Shown here one piece after another: positions 1 to 14,288 of a stretch of DNA of 64,000 nucleotides; position 1 is the first letter of the stretch; the number at the start of each line of letters is the position of its first letter. A program made the translations under genes and the position numbers. Source of the DNA: Camelus ferus (taxonomy: Eukaryota); contig NC_045698.1 of assembly GCF_009834535.1 (NCBI RefSeq), positions 12,278,001-12,342,000 on the forward strand, written 5' to 3'. The notes beneath the pieces are model-generated. The model was given only the letters and a program-made list of their open reading frames with translations, made no database searches and was not told where the DNA came from.

Positions 1-1201
1 ATACTTCTCAGTGTGACTTTCCTCAAAAGACAGAAGTTATTTTTCCTACAGCATTTACATCATCTTTCCCTTGCAGAGAATGTCCAAACAGGGAACATCC
101 AAAATAAGTATGGGACCTGGACACCTGACACCTACTCTCTCCAGGGCTACCTCCAGTGAATGTTTATGACACCCATGTAGTATTTTCTAAGCTAAGCTAA
201 GTCCCTTTAGGGAAGGGGGGGGGGGGTGGAAATCAAGCCGAATAAATGTTTTAAATGAACAATCTTTCCATTTTAATATGGGACAGTTTTTACATCAGAA
301 AAAAATGATTGCTAACTTGAAAAATCTGCAATTTTAATCTCCCTGGTTTATCGTTGCTCAGGGAAGGAAATGAGGTTATTCGGACAGGATGTGCCCTTTA
401 AAAGGCACACTGGCAACATTCCGCGGCGTCCTGATCTCTCTCCAGCCCTCTGTTAACAAAAGCTTCCTGAAACTGGGGACGGCGTACGCTCTAGCCCACT
501 GTCACAGGAGTGAGTGGTTCTCAGCATCACCCTGTCAACATCTGCCTTTAGCTCCCTTTGCAAGAGCAAAAGCAGATGGTTGGAGCAAGCCACTGTGAAC
601 TCTGACATGGCAGGAAGATGGAGACAATTCAGAACAGAAGATCATTCCAGAGGACAAAAATACTGGCTCAATTCTCAAGGGCTAGCTACTCGGCTACCCT
701 CACTGGAAGACTGAGAAATACGATTAATTATTTCAAAATTATTACAAGAACCATTTGGAACACTCAAACAGCAGCTGGATTAAGGCTGAGTCGAACCTCT
801 GAAATGAAGCCACTGCATTTGGAACTTCTAATACAGTCTATGTGCCAAATTCACATGGTAAATGTAATGTTTAGTGTTATGGGAGACTGCACAAGTCTGC
901 TCTAAAAGCTTCATCTATGAAACCCTATGGGGACATTTTTTCCCTCAAAAATTCATGTGAATAATCAAAACCATCATATTATACACTACAGGATGTATTC
1001 CAGTAAAATCTTGAACAAGTTCACTAACATATGGACACAGATAGTTGAAAACAAATATCAAAGAAAGGACTGTTCAAAACGGGTCGTTTCTTGGGAGAGT
1101 TTACAAGTATCAATAAATCTAAGCAAAGCGAGGGAAAGAGGGGCGTTTGATTCTACAGATGAGCCCCTTAGGGAGTCTTGCTTAAACTCCTAAGTTCTGA
1201 T

Positions 1202-1342
1202 CAGGGCTGGGACGAGGGTGAGGCAGGTGTCCCAGATACACAATTTAAGGCTGCACCAATTCTGGAGCTCGTGCAATGACCCTGAGTGATGTGTCTCTAC
1301 ATGTGCACCCTGGGCACGCCATTCACCTTACCCCGGTCCCCC
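1202..1342. mobile_element. Non-autonomous hAT element (MER96B-like)
   Basis: Imperfect terminal inverted repeats gggacgagggtgaggc ... ttcaccttaccccggtccc. Confidence 0.55.
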
Positions 1343-1854
1343 TTTCTGGTCACCAGCCCCATGTTCTGTAGGCCAGAGTGGCATGGACGATGGGACTACA
1401 AGAGCGTATTAAACCTAAGACTATCAAGAACTCGTGAGTTCCAGCAGCAGCTTCTAAATATAGAATCACTCTCCTTCCTCCGGCATTGGCACCTCACTTA
1501 GGAAACGTGAGCTGTGTAATTGGCTAGTGTGGCAAATGGTAAGTTAAAAATTTAACTGCTCTTCAGTATTAAAAATAAGCATTAGGGGTCAAAACTTTAC
1601 ACAGCAGCCTCTAAACGTGTATAAGCACAATCAACTCATTTTTGGAACTACTCCCATGAGTAGACCTTCCCTGGAAAGGTGTTAGGTGTAATTAACACAC
1701 AACACAGGCTTTTCTTACTTTTGCTGCGCCTGGAGTGGCTCTCCGTTCACCCAGAAACAAACACTCAGTTACAGACTAAACCATAGGCAGTGTTAGTATT
1801 TAAAACTAGGCTCGCTGAGGGAGTGGGGGGGTGGGCGGGGGCAAGGGGAGGTGG

Positions 1855-1926
1855 GTGGGTAGAGCTCAGTGGTAGAGCGCATGCTTAGCATGCACAGGGT
1901 CCTGGGTTCAATCCCCAGCACCTCAC
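1855..1926 (+). mobile_element. tRNA-Ala(AGC)-derived SINE head (vic-1-like) or tRNA pseudogene, without a tail
   Basis: gggtagagctcagtggtagagcgcatgcttAGCatgcacagggtcctgggttcaatccccagcacctc contains A and B boxes; degenerate acceptor stem; no polyA and no T-run terminator. Confidence 0.75.
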
Positions 1927-2136
1927 TAAGATCACCAGACTGCGTTTCTCTCAGGACAGTGTTCAAGCACGGGGCCTTTATGGCTGGAGCAGTCCAAAAA
2001 TGCACTTGGACTGTGTGAGTGACCATCTGTGTTTTTAAACAACATGCTTTTGGGGGAAGCCTGTGTATCAGATGCTTGTATTTAGAACAAGGATTTTTAG
2101 GAAGAAAACCCACACACAGCCTGCCAAGCCCTACAA

Positions 2137-2630
2137 ACTGGTCCCCAAAGTGTGCCTTCCAGACAAGCATCACCAGCAGCACCGGGGAGCCTGTTAGAAA
2201 TGCACATTTTCACGCCCCACCCGAGACTTGCTGAATCAGAAACTCTGTGTTGAGGCCCAGGTCTCAGGGGTTTCATCAGCCTCTCCTGGGGATTCTGATG
2301 CCTGCTCAGTGCTGAGCGCCGCCACACTACAGGTAGTGCTCCTGGCAGCAGGAAACACGGGCTTTGCCGCTGCCAATCTTTGTCCTCTTCAGGAAGGATT
2401 TCTCTCTCGCAGGGAGAACAAAATGATGGGGCTAAACAACTGATCCATCGACCTGCCGGGGGCTTCACAGCACAGAGTCCTACTGCAAATACAGATTCCT
2501 GGGCTCACCTCCGGAAAGGCTGGACCACTGGGTCCTGGGCTCACCTCTAGAGACTGAACCATTGGATGAGGCTCCCAATTAGCAGCCCCTCCAGTGATTC
2601 TGATGTGAAGCCAGGACTGGGGACCACTGG
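2137..2630. mobile_element. MER5-like hAT DNA transposon remnants (two adjacent copies)
   Basis: ggggagcctgttagaaatgcacatt...ctgaatcagaaactctg...gattctgatgc; second copy aaatacagattcctgggctcacc...cagtgattctgatg...gggaccactg. Confidence 0.7.
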
Positions 2631-2691
2631 AAGGCCCCCTGCACCACTAAACAGCACATCAGAAGTAACTGGGGAAAATGATCCTTTAGAT

Positions 2692-2970
2692 CAGGGTTAG
2701 CCAGCTTTTTCTGCAAAGGGCCAGATGGTTGATATCTCAGGCTGTTTGACTCCTAGAGTGGGCCACTTGGCTTGACTCAGTCTTAGATAAACCGATGAAT
2801 AGGCATGGCTGTGTTTCCAATACCACTTCACTGAATCTGACTTTCTTATCATTTTCATGTGTCATAACATATTCTATTGACGTTTCTCAAACATTTAAAA
2901 AGGTATAAATCATTCTGAGCTCGCAAGCTGTAGGAAAAGAGGCAGCGGACATGGACCACTGTGGCTTCAG
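2692..2970. mobile_element. MER58B-like hAT DNA transposon
   Basis: cagggttagccagctttttctgcaaagggccagatggt...gcatggctgtgtttccaata. Confidence 0.7.
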
Positions 2971-5900
2971 TGAAACACTGGATCAATTACATAACCTTCA
3001 CTGAGTCCAGTCATGCTGCGTTTGCGACATATGTAACTTCAATACAAACAGCTGCTTTCAAAAAAGCTAGATATTGCTTAAGAAAAAAAAAAAAAACACC
3101 GAGGTTTAATGTGCATCCAGTACAATACACAGCCTGATAAAGCACCCACGGCAACACACTGAACATTTCCATCACCCGAGAAAGTTCACTGGTGCCCCTT
3201 CCCAGGCAACATTCCTCCGAAGTAACCATGAGGTTTGAATCCTTACCTTTAAGATGGCAGGGCAAGCAGCTGGGGACAAAAGCCAGGCATCATTCATGTC
3301 TTCTCTGTTTGCACTGCAGTTCTAAGTAACAGACACTCTAAGCAGAAGCTATCAGAATAGGTACCCACTGGGCATGAATAAGCCCCTTTCTCTCCAATGT
3401 GCTGCTGGGGACTCACCCACCCTCCCCTACTCTACATCTATCTCCCCCAGCCCAGCCCAGGTTGGGTTGTCCAAGCTGCAGAACAGGTGCATGGCTGCAG
3501 GGGTGGAGGAAATGAGCTCCTTCAGGGGTACCCCTTTGCCCCCACCTCCCACCAACCCCCAACCCCTGGCTGGGCCAGCTCTTCACCCTAGGGCTTTATC
3601 AGACCCATTCAGACCCCAATCCCCTCCTCTTTCCTTGGGGCAGAAACAGGTACGGTTTGCTCAGCAACATAAATATAACTTAATTGAGCTGTTTGAACTC
3701 AAAGACCATCATGGACGGCCTCTGTGCGTGGAGGGCTCAACTGAGGGATTTCAGGAAACGGCTTCACCCTTGGGATTTTTCTCCATACAAATTAGAAAAA
3801 CCATCATGGCATCTCACAGCTGGAAGGAGAGGTGCCCCTACACTGGGTTCTGTTCCAGACACAGAAAGAGGCAGGACTGCAGGCAAGAGGAAGATGCGGA
3901 GCATGGAAGAAATCAAACCTGTCCACAGAGTCACCCCTCCAGGAAGGCCAGCCCCTCCCAGAGCCCCCAGCCTCGCAGGGCAGAGGGCAGCCCAAGTTGA
4001 AGTCAACAGCAAATGGGGAGGGGAGGTGGGGAGGAGAAAGACTCTCCAATTGATCTCACGTCACCTCACCCACCCACCCAACCTGGGGCTCTCCAGTTTC
4101 ACTGTGAACAGCATCGTCTGGGAACCCTGTTAAAGCACAGACCCCAGGACAGGACTGGAGTGGGACCAAGGAAGCTGCATCTTTCACAAGGGCCCTGATG
4201 ACTGAGGATGAAATGAAGCAGCCGCCGGTGGGAGAAGCACACACGGAGAAACGCCACACTAGTTTTTGGGACAGTTAAACCCAAATGTCCCACTCAGAGT
4301 ATCCAACTTGAGGGTGGGACTAGGGAGGTGGAGACAGAAGACCAAGAACAGGTACAATTCCCTAGACAAAGAGTAAGATGGGCACACTCCAGGGCCTCCG
4401 GCAGACGAGGGCCCAGTGGCCAAACGGATGGACAGAGGGAACAGTATTTACACAGATCATGTGGGCATCAGAGACCTTCCACAGAACCATCTAAGAAAAG
4501 GTGCCCAGAAAAGAAGCTGCATAGGAAGAATCCAGGCCTAGAGATCATGGGTAACATGAGCGTTTTCTAAGCCTAGTGTGTAAAAAGATGTGCTTTTTCA
4601 ACAACTTTCAGTGTACTATTTTGACATGATGCTCATTTGGTCTATGAAATAGTTCTGACCTTGACTGCTTATGAAGCAGCATCCAGGAAGCTTTTTCCAG
4701 ACACACCAGGGCCCAAGTCCCAGCTGAGATTCTGATTCATTGTTCTGGGGCAGAGCCAAGGCTCTTGGTGTAAGTTCAATGGGCAGCCAGGGCTGACAAC
4801 AACTCCGCCAGAAGCAGCAACCATGGAAGCAAGACTGTGAACACACGAGGCGATTTAATGTGAAACACTGAAACTGAAAAACGTGATTTTTGTTGACCCT
4901 TCTACTTCCCCCAGAGCAATAAGGTAAAAAAGCCGCCACAAAAGAGGAGGGAACTGGGAAGGTGGTATGAGAGCCCGCTGATCTGGAAGAGTAACTTCAA
5001 CAGAAAGGCAAAGATCATGACCAGGAAGGTGACAAGGACATTCAATCCCAGGGGCCTGGAGAGAGAAAAGAAGTGAACTTGAAGCAGCAGCCAGGATGGG
5101 CAGTCGGAGGGCCGGCAAGGTGGATAAGCGACAGCCCCCACCTCACCCTGCCAGACTTCACTTTCCTCCGGAGCAAGTAATGTGATCAAGTAGAAAGATG
5201 ACCAACTCTGGATCCAAACCCAGTTCTATCAACGCGTTGCTGATCAACTGTGGATTTGTGGACACACTACCCCATGGCAGCTCAATCTCAAACACCTTCC
5301 TCGTAGGGGAGCGGTGAGGATTAAATGGACGGAAGGCACCAGCATGGGGCCTGGTGGAGAGATGTCACCTGGCAAATGGCACCCTCTTTCCAACGCCAAC
5401 CCTCACAAGGAGGATGTGGCTTAGAAGTGGGGTGACCTCCTTTCCCACAGCCCCCCAGGGAGGTGATCATGGGAAGAATGTGGTTCCCTAATCTCACCAC
5501 AGTAGCAGCCTGGATTGGAATTCAGCAAAGTTGGAATCAGGCAACAGAGGACTTGCACACCATCCCGAGTCCCCATCACAGGTACCCGAACAGGCCTTTG
5601 CAGACAGACTAGGTAACCAATCCCCCACGTATATTACTGAGTCTTTAGGAAAAGTGTTTCTAAGTAACAGGCCTTTAAGTGAATTTGAGATGAAATGAAC
5701 CTCAGTCACAAACCAGCAACTGCCGGAATTGGTTCCAATAAACTGCTTCTGCTTTTTCTACTGCAACTCCACCTGGCATTAAATGGTGCCACGTCTGATT
5801 CCCATGGATAATCTTCTGAACGGCTTTGTTTTCAAACAACATCTTTACATACATTTTCCACAAAATGACACTTACAATAAAGGTATAGTAGTTAAGCCTC

Positions 5901-8479
5901 AAAAAAAAAAAAAAAAAAAAAAACCGTGAGTTTTGGTTGCACCCCTTTTCCCCATCACCCTCCCAGTCTTAAGTTACCACCTGGTCTGAGCTTAACATCC
6001 AGCACTGGTTTGCTGACTACTTTCCATATTCATGGGTATCAAGAATGTAAGACAGTATTCTGTTTACCTTCAGGTATGAGCAATTTGATTTCCTAAAAGT
6101 AACCACAAAGTTGAAAGCAACAGTAGGTCCAATAGTACAAAAGTCAACCCTTCTCTTTGTGCCTGGTCACTGGGAAGGGTTCCCGGGAGAAGCAGGAAGG
6201 GTCTGGATAAACCACAGGCCGACACAGGCACCAGTCGGCTGAGCTACTCCGAGCAGAGCCTGGAATCCAGAAGTCGACCGCGGATGGGAGGCACAGGCAG
6301 GTCAGAGGCAGGCTTGAGCCCAAATAAATACACCGAGTCTAAGGGATGGGAAGAGGAGGTTCACTGAATGGACCCAGGGAGGAAAGATGAGACTGAAGTC
6401 GAGAGATAACCACAAAGGAGAAAGCCAACAATTTGGTCCAACCGAGGACAGGAGGCCACAGAAGGTCATGACCCAGGGCAGAGGTCATTTGCGCTCTCCT
6501 GCAAAATCATTTGTGTGTGTGTGGTCAGTGAGGGCCTCGCAGGGGCCAGGAAATACTGCTAATAGCGACCTCATTCTCTCCCCACCCACCCCCCCACCCC
6601 GTGGGGGTGCCAGACAGGGAGGGGCCCCAGCAGTCAGTCCAAAGGGGACTGTTCTGAAAGAAAGGGTCAAAAATAAGCTGGATTCCTAATCCACTTAAGC
6701 TGGATTCACTTAAAGGAGCAGAGACAGGGGCTCTTAAGGTCTTACAGAGGTCCAGCGAGGGCAGATGACAGAAGTGGTGTGCACCCTTGGCAGGCTAAGG
6801 TCTCCATCACCTGACACAGCCCACACTCCTCAGAACACCAACGTATCCAGTGTTTGTCCCTGTAAACAGCTCCCTGTTTTGGTGTCGTTGATGAAGCGCA
6901 TAGAATTATCACCTCAGGTTTCAAGAGGCCAAACTTTGGGAAAATATTCTGAATCCAACTTAACAGCCACCCACTCCCCCTTAAAAAAGGAAAATGCAGT
7001 TTATATATTTTTGGAGTCTATCAAGTGAAATAATTCCTTTGAAAAAGGAATCCCCTTTAATGAGTTTCAGTGCTCTTTATTTCACTCCGATCCTACAGCC
7101 AGGAAGGAAGTAACACAGAGGAACTCCCACCATGACTCTTATGACCAGAGGCTTTTCCTTTTGTCATTTGCAGGCCCTTAAGACATGTGTGCTCTGTTGA
7201 GACAGTTATCATATAACGTTCTGATAGAGAAATTACATCATTCTAATGACTTGTTTGGCTTCGCACTGACTATAGACAAAGATACACCATGCACTCGGTA
7301 CGTGAGTGCCTTCGTGGGCCAGGCTTTGTGCCGAGATGCTAACAACACACAAATGATATACCCTCGATCTCAGAGAGCATGGTGAGGAGAGACAGAGAAA
7401 AAAAAAAATCAAACCAACACGCACGATACAATGTCAAGGTGGTGGCTCTTTTGGATGGAGAGGCTGAGAAAGCCTCTGAAAAGGTCTCCACCCCTGAATG
7501 AAGGTGGGAGGGGCAGGCACACCTGCAGGAACCTTCCCAAAAGGCAAAGGCAAGCCTACAGCCTTCCTGCGTGACCATCTCTTCCCAACTTACAGTAAGT
7601 GAGTGTCCACGCGGAGCTCTGCAAACTTACAAATAAGAACGTGTTTTTTTCCTGGCGCTAAGTGCACTAACGATCAGATGCTTTTTGTTTTTTTCTATTG
7701 TCCCAGAGCGAAAATTAATGGAAACATCTGACTTTCCATCTTTGAGCCACAAGATGCCAAACCAGATTCTTGGAAGAACTCTAGAGAGTCAATCACATGG
7801 CTTTCAGGCATAAAAACTTTTTTTTTTTTTTTTCACTCTAAACCAAGTTAGACAAATTGCATTTTACTTGGTCTTTAAAGCAAGACTGAAAGTCCCAGAG
7901 GTGTTCAGCCTCTGGGGGACTGACTCTTGATTCTAAGAAACTCCACGGGCTGGTGTTTGACATCCATCTCAGAGACGGGTATTTCCAGGACGAAATAGCA
8001 AAATGTGGGAAAAGCACAGAATGTAAGAGCTGCTCAGTTCAGCGGTGTGTTTTTAATACAGCAGCACTATTTTGATGGAAGTGAATTCCAAGAACAACAG
8101 ATGGACCCGTACTGAAGTTTCAACAAAGGAAACCAAATACATCTGATTTTTTAAAAAGTATCTGCCACTTGCCACCAGCATGTCCCTCTTTTCTCTTTTT
8201 GAATGGCTGTGCAGCCACCTTCACCCACCCATAGGAGCACTACCATCCACCCAACGCCCACATCACAAGGCCAATGCCAAATGCTCACTGGTGGTCAGCA
8301 GATCTCAGTCACCATCCAATTCTCCATCCTCAGACTCTGGAGCTAGGTCTAAAGCAGTTCTTTCTTGATGGTGTCTATTTCTTAAGAAAAGATACAAACA
8401 AGAATTTCTACATTCTTTTATATCTAAAAGCAGCACAAGAAAAAGTATCCAAGAGAAAAGTAGTTTAAAAACAAACTGT

Positions 8480-8652
8480 ATAGAGAGTTAGTATTTAATG
8501 GTCATAGAGCTTCTGTTTGGGGTGATGAAAAAGTTTTGTAAATAGATAGGGATGATGGTTGCACACATTACGAATGTAATGAATGCCATCCACTTTTACA
8601 CTCAAAAATGGTTCAAACGGTCAAGTCTATGTAATTTATATTTACCACAACA
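8480..8652 (+). mobile_element. L1MB-like 3'UTR fragment
   Basis: ttctgtttggggtgatgaaaaagttttg...gatggttgcacacattacgaatgtaatgaatgcca. Confidence 0.7.
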
Positions 8653-11600
8653 AACACACACACACACAGGAAAACCCAAGTTCTAGTTAAAAAAATAAAT
8701 CGTATATTTATCCATTCATTTTTCTTTCAACTCAAATTTGGACATTTGCAGCAGAGATCAATCATAGCAAATTATTTTAGACACCCATCCAAAACACTGA
8801 AAACCCCAAAAGGGATACAAATGTCACGGCTGTGAACACACACAAATATACACACAACAACAATGGAATTCGAGGTGGCAGTGGTACCCAAAAGCCAGGG
8901 CTGCGTATTGTTTTAGGGATATGCTTTGCCTCTCAACTGGACTGCAAAAAAACTACTTTGTTCAACTATACTGCACGCCATCAGAAAAATTCTATCTTTA
9001 AATCATGAACATATGGACAAGCTAAAACACAAAGTTAAAATAGAGGGCAATTAACATACTCTTAGGCTCGGCAACCCACAGGAAACTGCCGAAACTCAAC
9101 TCTCTCATCCTGTAGAGACAGCAATTTCACATGGTTCAACTGAACCCCAGGTTAATTTGGCTGGAAGCGTCACCTCCAGTACAGAGGACACTTGAGAGGC
9201 TATAAGGAGCAAAAATATAATCTATGTTTCTCTCCTTTTGAGAAAAAAATGGATAAGATTTCCCCAAAATAAGCACATCAGTATGAAAATGTTTCTCTTT
9301 ACCAAAAAGGAGATAAAAAAGATGAGAAGGGGGTAGAATACACTTTTTTGTTATTTAAACAACATAAAAGCAAGGGAATTACGTGCAGCACAGTTGACCA
9401 GAGAGACTCTGTCTGCCCTGCCATCCCAGAGTTTGGATCTGCGAGTCACAGTACCCTAATGCCACTACTTCTCCATCATCAGTGTCGCCCCTCCAAACTC
9501 CTTTCCCTCCATCTTCAGAAGTTTAGCTGTCTCCCTGCTGGTTTCTCCCCACCTTTCCCCCCTGGGGGACTTCAGATGGCCCCACCAGATTTGGGGGGCC
9601 GTGCCAACTGCTGCTCACTCACTTTCCATCCGCTCACGTAGAAGGAGTTGGCCGCTGAGACCTCTCTACCCAGGCAGCTGCCTTCACCAACAGCTGGCTT
9701 TGCGTGTGAAGCCAGGAATGCACCTTCTGCAGCGCATTCCTGGGCTGGGGGTGGGGAGGCGGGGAGCATGTGCAATCAGCATCCTTTCAGATGAAATTCT
9801 TAACTTGGTTAAAATATCCAGGCTCCTCCACTTCCCTCTGCAGTCACATCTGACCTGTTCCCACCTAACACTTAAAATCACTGAGCTCTAGCTGCCCCAT
9901 TCCTGACTGTCAGTGGGGTCACAGGGTGTTACTTGGAGCTCCGAAATGGGAGACATGCTAGCCGGTCCCACGGTCAGTTTTCCAGCCCTCAACAGGCTTA
10001 AGGGAGACTCGTTCCCGACACAGGAGTGAACCCATACGGTGTGTGGAGAAGGAGTGAAGAAGCTGCCACATCCCCAAGACATTCAAGGACACAAAAAGGC
10101 ACCAAAGGGGGCAAAGTGAAGGGGGAAAAAGGCAAAACAAAGCATCTGGACAGAGCAGAGAGTGAAAAATAACAAAAACGCAATGAAAAACCATGACACC
10201 AACCCATTATCAAGTTTCCCAAAATTGATCCCATAGTATTAATGCCAATAAGTCAAAGTGAAGGTCAAAAGATGGCTCTCAATGGGAAATGTGATTATAA
10301 ATAGTTAGGGTCGTGTTTCCCGTATGGCCTGAGAAAGTCTATCTTGGGGGGTGGGGACAACTTGTAAGTACCAGGCAATCGAATGGCCTTTTCCTAAAAA
10401 GAGAATAACTTTTAAAACCAAGCCTAATTATACTTCGTGCAAATAAGAAGAGAAGGGCACAGAGGAGGGAAGGCAGAGACATGGATTGGGACGGTTAATT
10501 CCCCAGTCCATAATGTATTTCAGAAGGCCCCATAAAGAGACAACGCAAACAGAAAACCCAACGGAATCCTTGCAGAGAGTAATCGCCTTGATTACTACAA
10601 TAACTACCCCTTAAAATGCCATTTTATTGTAACTTGATATCACTCTGAGCTATTTCAGAGCCATCAAATTAGGCTCTTTTCAGAAAGGATAAAACAGTTG
10701 ACTCTCAAAGTGAAAAATCTAATTTCGAACTTCTTAGCTCATTCTACATTCTCTTCCAAAAAAGCGCTTCAGTGATAGCCCACGCGCCTGGTGATGGTTT
10801 TGGAAAAGACAAGCATTCAATGCCGACTTCCCTCCTACGCTTTCCACAGGAGTCCATTTTTAGCCACATTTACACCCTGCAGAAAACGGTGTTGTGTTTC
10901 TGAAACTCTGTCCAGAGCTCACTATGCAAGAAGACAAGTCACCCCTAACTTTCAGAGCAGTGCTGACCTGCCCATGTGCTCCATTCTCCAGAGGCCCCGA
11001 ACATGCTCTTTTTTTTTTTTCAACAAAGCATGTTAGCAGGTCACTCGCACATTTCTTTTTCCGCCTGCAAATACTTCACAGCGAGTGTAACATAAAAGTT
11101 ATGAGTCAAATGGGAACGTTTCGGTCCTCTGTATTCCTGGGACCAACCTACAGTAGTTTAAATTTTAGATAAATACGAAACTATATCCCTGGCCAAAAAA
11201 AACCCCACCAAAAACAGCTGAGCGAACATGGAAAACTCTGAGACTGAACAAATTTTTTTTTTAAAAAAAGGGCCCTTTAGGGCTCTCACCAAAAACACAC
11301 AATCACTTCCTCTCTACTCTGCATCCCCGAGGTCCCATTCTAGGATTTTACACGTGGCTCTGCTTGGTTTCCAACACTAAACAGGATTTTGAATCTGTTC
11401 TTTAATCCACCTGAGAATTACTTCACTATGGTCAGCACAATGTCTGGCCACACTTGAGGTGAAATGATTGTTGGAACTGGGGGCAGCCCAGAGAAAGCAA
11501 AAGCTTCCAAAAGCTTAGAAAAATTTCCTAGCACTACCTAAAGCCCTCTTCTTTATTTTCACTTCCTCCACAACAGCAGAACTAGCGGTACATGCGGGGG

Positions 11601-11684
11601 ATGGGGGTGGGGGGGGCGGCTGAGAGTACTTCCCGCTCTTCATGGTGGGCGACTATGACCCTCAGGCCGTTTTCTGCACTGTCC

Positions 11685-11856
11685 TGTACATCCTCGCCAC
11701 TCAAATGTGGATCGGGGACCAGCAGCATCCACACCACCGGGAAACTTGCGGGAAATGCAGACCCTCAGGCCCCACCCCAGATCTGCCAGCAAAATCTGCA
11801 TCAGAAACAAGACCCCCAGGTGATTCACATACAGCACATTCTGAGATGCACTGCTC
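11685..11856. mobile_element. MER5A-like DNA transposon
   Basis: ctcaaatgtgg...gaccagcagcatc...gaaatgcagaccctcaggccccaccccagatc...caagacccccaggtgattca. Confidence 0.75.
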
Positions 11857-11992
11857 TAAACCAAACGGGAATTCAACTAACAGCTGTGAGCCATTTATGG
11901 ACTCTGAGAGGTCATATTTTGGGAATATAAAAATTTCCCTCAGCATTCTACTGTACACCAGAAATTGACACAACATTATAAACTGACTATAT

Positions 11993-11996
<4 letters not shown>

Positions 11997-12056
<60 letters not shown>
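11997..12056. repeat. (AT)26(AC)4 compound microsatellite
   Basis: Directly visible perfect dinucleotide runs. Confidence 0.97.
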
Positions 12057-12057
<1 letters not shown>

Positions 12058-12149
12058 AAAAAAAAAATTGTCCTGGAATTGTTTATAAAGACACAGAAAA
12101 ATACCTATTTGACACCTTTTACCAGCTACTATTTGACCTCAAACAGTAA

Positions 12150-12345
12150 TATCTTTTTTGTTATTGTGGTTAAGATATACATACTAACTTAAAATTTACC
12201 ATTTTAATCCTAAGTGTACAGTTCAGTGGTATTAAGTACATTCACCCTGTTGTGTAACCATCATCATGATCCTGGCTTTCATCTTCCAAAACTAAAACTC
12301 TATACCCATTAAACAATAACTCCCCCTTCTCCCTTTACCCCAGAA
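12150..12345 (-). mobile_element. L1M 3'UTR fragment, reverse
   Basis: aaaatttaccatttta...aagtgtacagttcagtggtattaagtacattcaccctgttgtgtaaccatc. Confidence 0.75.
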
Positions 12346-13009
12346 ACACCAATATTTTTAAGACCCTTTAATAACCTACCAAATTGGGTTGAAAATTAGC
12401 CAATACCCTGAAAAGTTACCATAGGGTTTACCAGGACAAGGCCATGCTCTACATCTTTGACCCTGATTCCCTCAAGAATGTATCCCTGCTCAGTTCGAGA
12501 GCGGGTGTTCCGGTGCCAGGACCAGTTAATGGACTTCTCCTGATCCTTGGTGGCTACGCCTGTATGTTCCATGATGAACCTGTGATGTAGGGAGAGGAAG
12601 AAGTTGGTCAGGAGAGAGGGAAACTAGTCTTTTGGCCACTGCTTGTTCTTGATCCACGTCTGAACCCAGTTCTTTCCAACCTGCCCCTCTTCTCTCCTAT
12701 TTCAAACCCTGTATTTCCTACACGGGTCGCCCAGCTAATTACACTTGTTATACTTGGGGACAACAGAGTAGACAGTGTAAGACCAAGGATTTGCTGACCG
12801 ATTGAAGATTATGGGTCAAAGTTGGCAGTTGTTTTCATGTTTCAGTATATACTTTTCTGGTTTAGTTCTTTCTAAACCCACAATCCATAAATACTGTCAA
12901 GGGTAAAAACAGAACTACTGGCCTGACCATCCCTTCCCATGCCCCCCTCGCCAAGAGCCACCCATCGACCAGCTGGCAATGGTCTCATGTGACACAGACT
13001 CCATTGGGT

Positions 13010-13295
13010 CAAACAAGCCAGTAGCCAAAAAGGACAAATACCATATGACTCCACTTCTCCAAGTACCTGAAGTAGTCAAAATCAGAGACAGGAAGTAGAA
13101 AGGTGATTACGAAGGGCTGGGGGAGGAGCAATGGGGAGTTAAGCGTTTGGTGGGCACAGAGTCTCAGGACTGCGAGATGAGAAAGTTCTCGAGATCTGCT
13201 GCACAGCAGTGCGACTGTCCTTGACACTACAGAAATGTGCACTTAAAACATGGTTAGGATGGGGATTTTAATGCTGTGTTTTTTACCACAACTTC
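13010..13295 (+). mobile_element. L1MB-like 3'UTR fragment
   Basis: aaggacaaataccatatgactccactt...gtagtcaaaatcagagacaggaagtagaaaggtgattacgaagggctgggg. Confidence 0.75.
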
Positions 13296-14079
13296 TTTTC
13301 AGAAATGGCAAAGTTAAAAAAGAAAAGCAAAGGAAATATCATTGGGATTAAAAAATAATTCGACAAAAAAATTTCATTAAAACCTATTTACAATCCTCTC
13401 TGGGACAGAGTGACATAAGCCAAGTACACTGTTTACATACTGTTTTCCTTTTTAAAATCATCTTAAAAAGTGTGTATAAGGAACTGAATTTGCATCTGGG
13501 AAAAGTGAAAAGGCAACACAGAGTGAAGGTGACCAACTCTACATACAGGAACTTAAACATCTAAGCAGTGCCCCGAAGCAAGGCACTTAGTCTTAGCTTA
13601 TAGATGGCACTACACCACCTGAGAACCCAATGGGAAAGAGACCAGACCGGGCATCGGTGTCTGTGAGACGCGTGGTCTCTCTGCCCTGCCTCTCCCTGCC
13701 CCCACCCCCACTCTCCACCTACACAAAACAGCTGTATCTTCACCACCAAATACTGAAGAGCCATTCAAGACACTCAGACGAAACAGAAACTGAGGAATTG
13801 CAAGATAGTCCAGAAACATCACTGCTTACGAAGCCTAGAAATGAGGAAGGTACCACCAAAGCGACCATCTCTGCTCAAGGTTCTGATAACCAAGAAGTCC
13901 ATCAGCCTCAGACTACACAACGCTGACCTTGAAGTTTTTGGTCTCAACTTGCAAACAAAATTCAGAAACTCTGAGTTTTAAATACTGGCATATGAAGTCC
14001 TTTTAGTTCTTTCTGTCATAAATTGTAGTATGTGTCTTGGAGGGAGGGATCCATTTTTAACATTAAAATTGGCTTCCTT

Positions 14080-14288
14080 TGGGATTAGCAGATGCACACC
14101 ACTGTATACAAAACAGATAAACAACAAGGACCTACTATTTAGCAGAGGCAACTATATTCAATATCTTGTAATAACCTATAACAGAGAAGAACCTAAAAAG
14201 AATACATATGTATAACTGCATCACTCTGCTGTACACCTGAAACTAACAAAACATTGTAAATCAAATATATGTCAATTACAAAATTTTT
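14080..14288 (+). mobile_element. 5'-truncated L1 3' end (cetartiodactyl-type)
   Basis: gggattagcagatgcacaccactgtatacaaaacagataaacaacaagg...tgtacacctgaaactaac; similar to copies at 16.5, 22.2 and 49.2 kb; TSD taaaattggcttcctt (14064-14079) / taaaatttgtttcctt (14289-14304). Confidence 0.85.

Noticed and set aside
1855..1926. Functional tRNA-Ala(AGC) gene
   Set aside because: Mismatched acceptor stem, no oligo-T terminator, and related copies elsewhere in the window are clearly SINEs.
3374..4000. 208-aa plus-strand ORF
   Set aside because: No recognisable homology or domain, Pro/Ser-rich, antisense within an intron, no retrocopy hallmarks; consistent with chance.
11701..12192. ORFs with IYIYIY runs
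   Set aside because: Translation artefacts of the (AT)n microsatellite.
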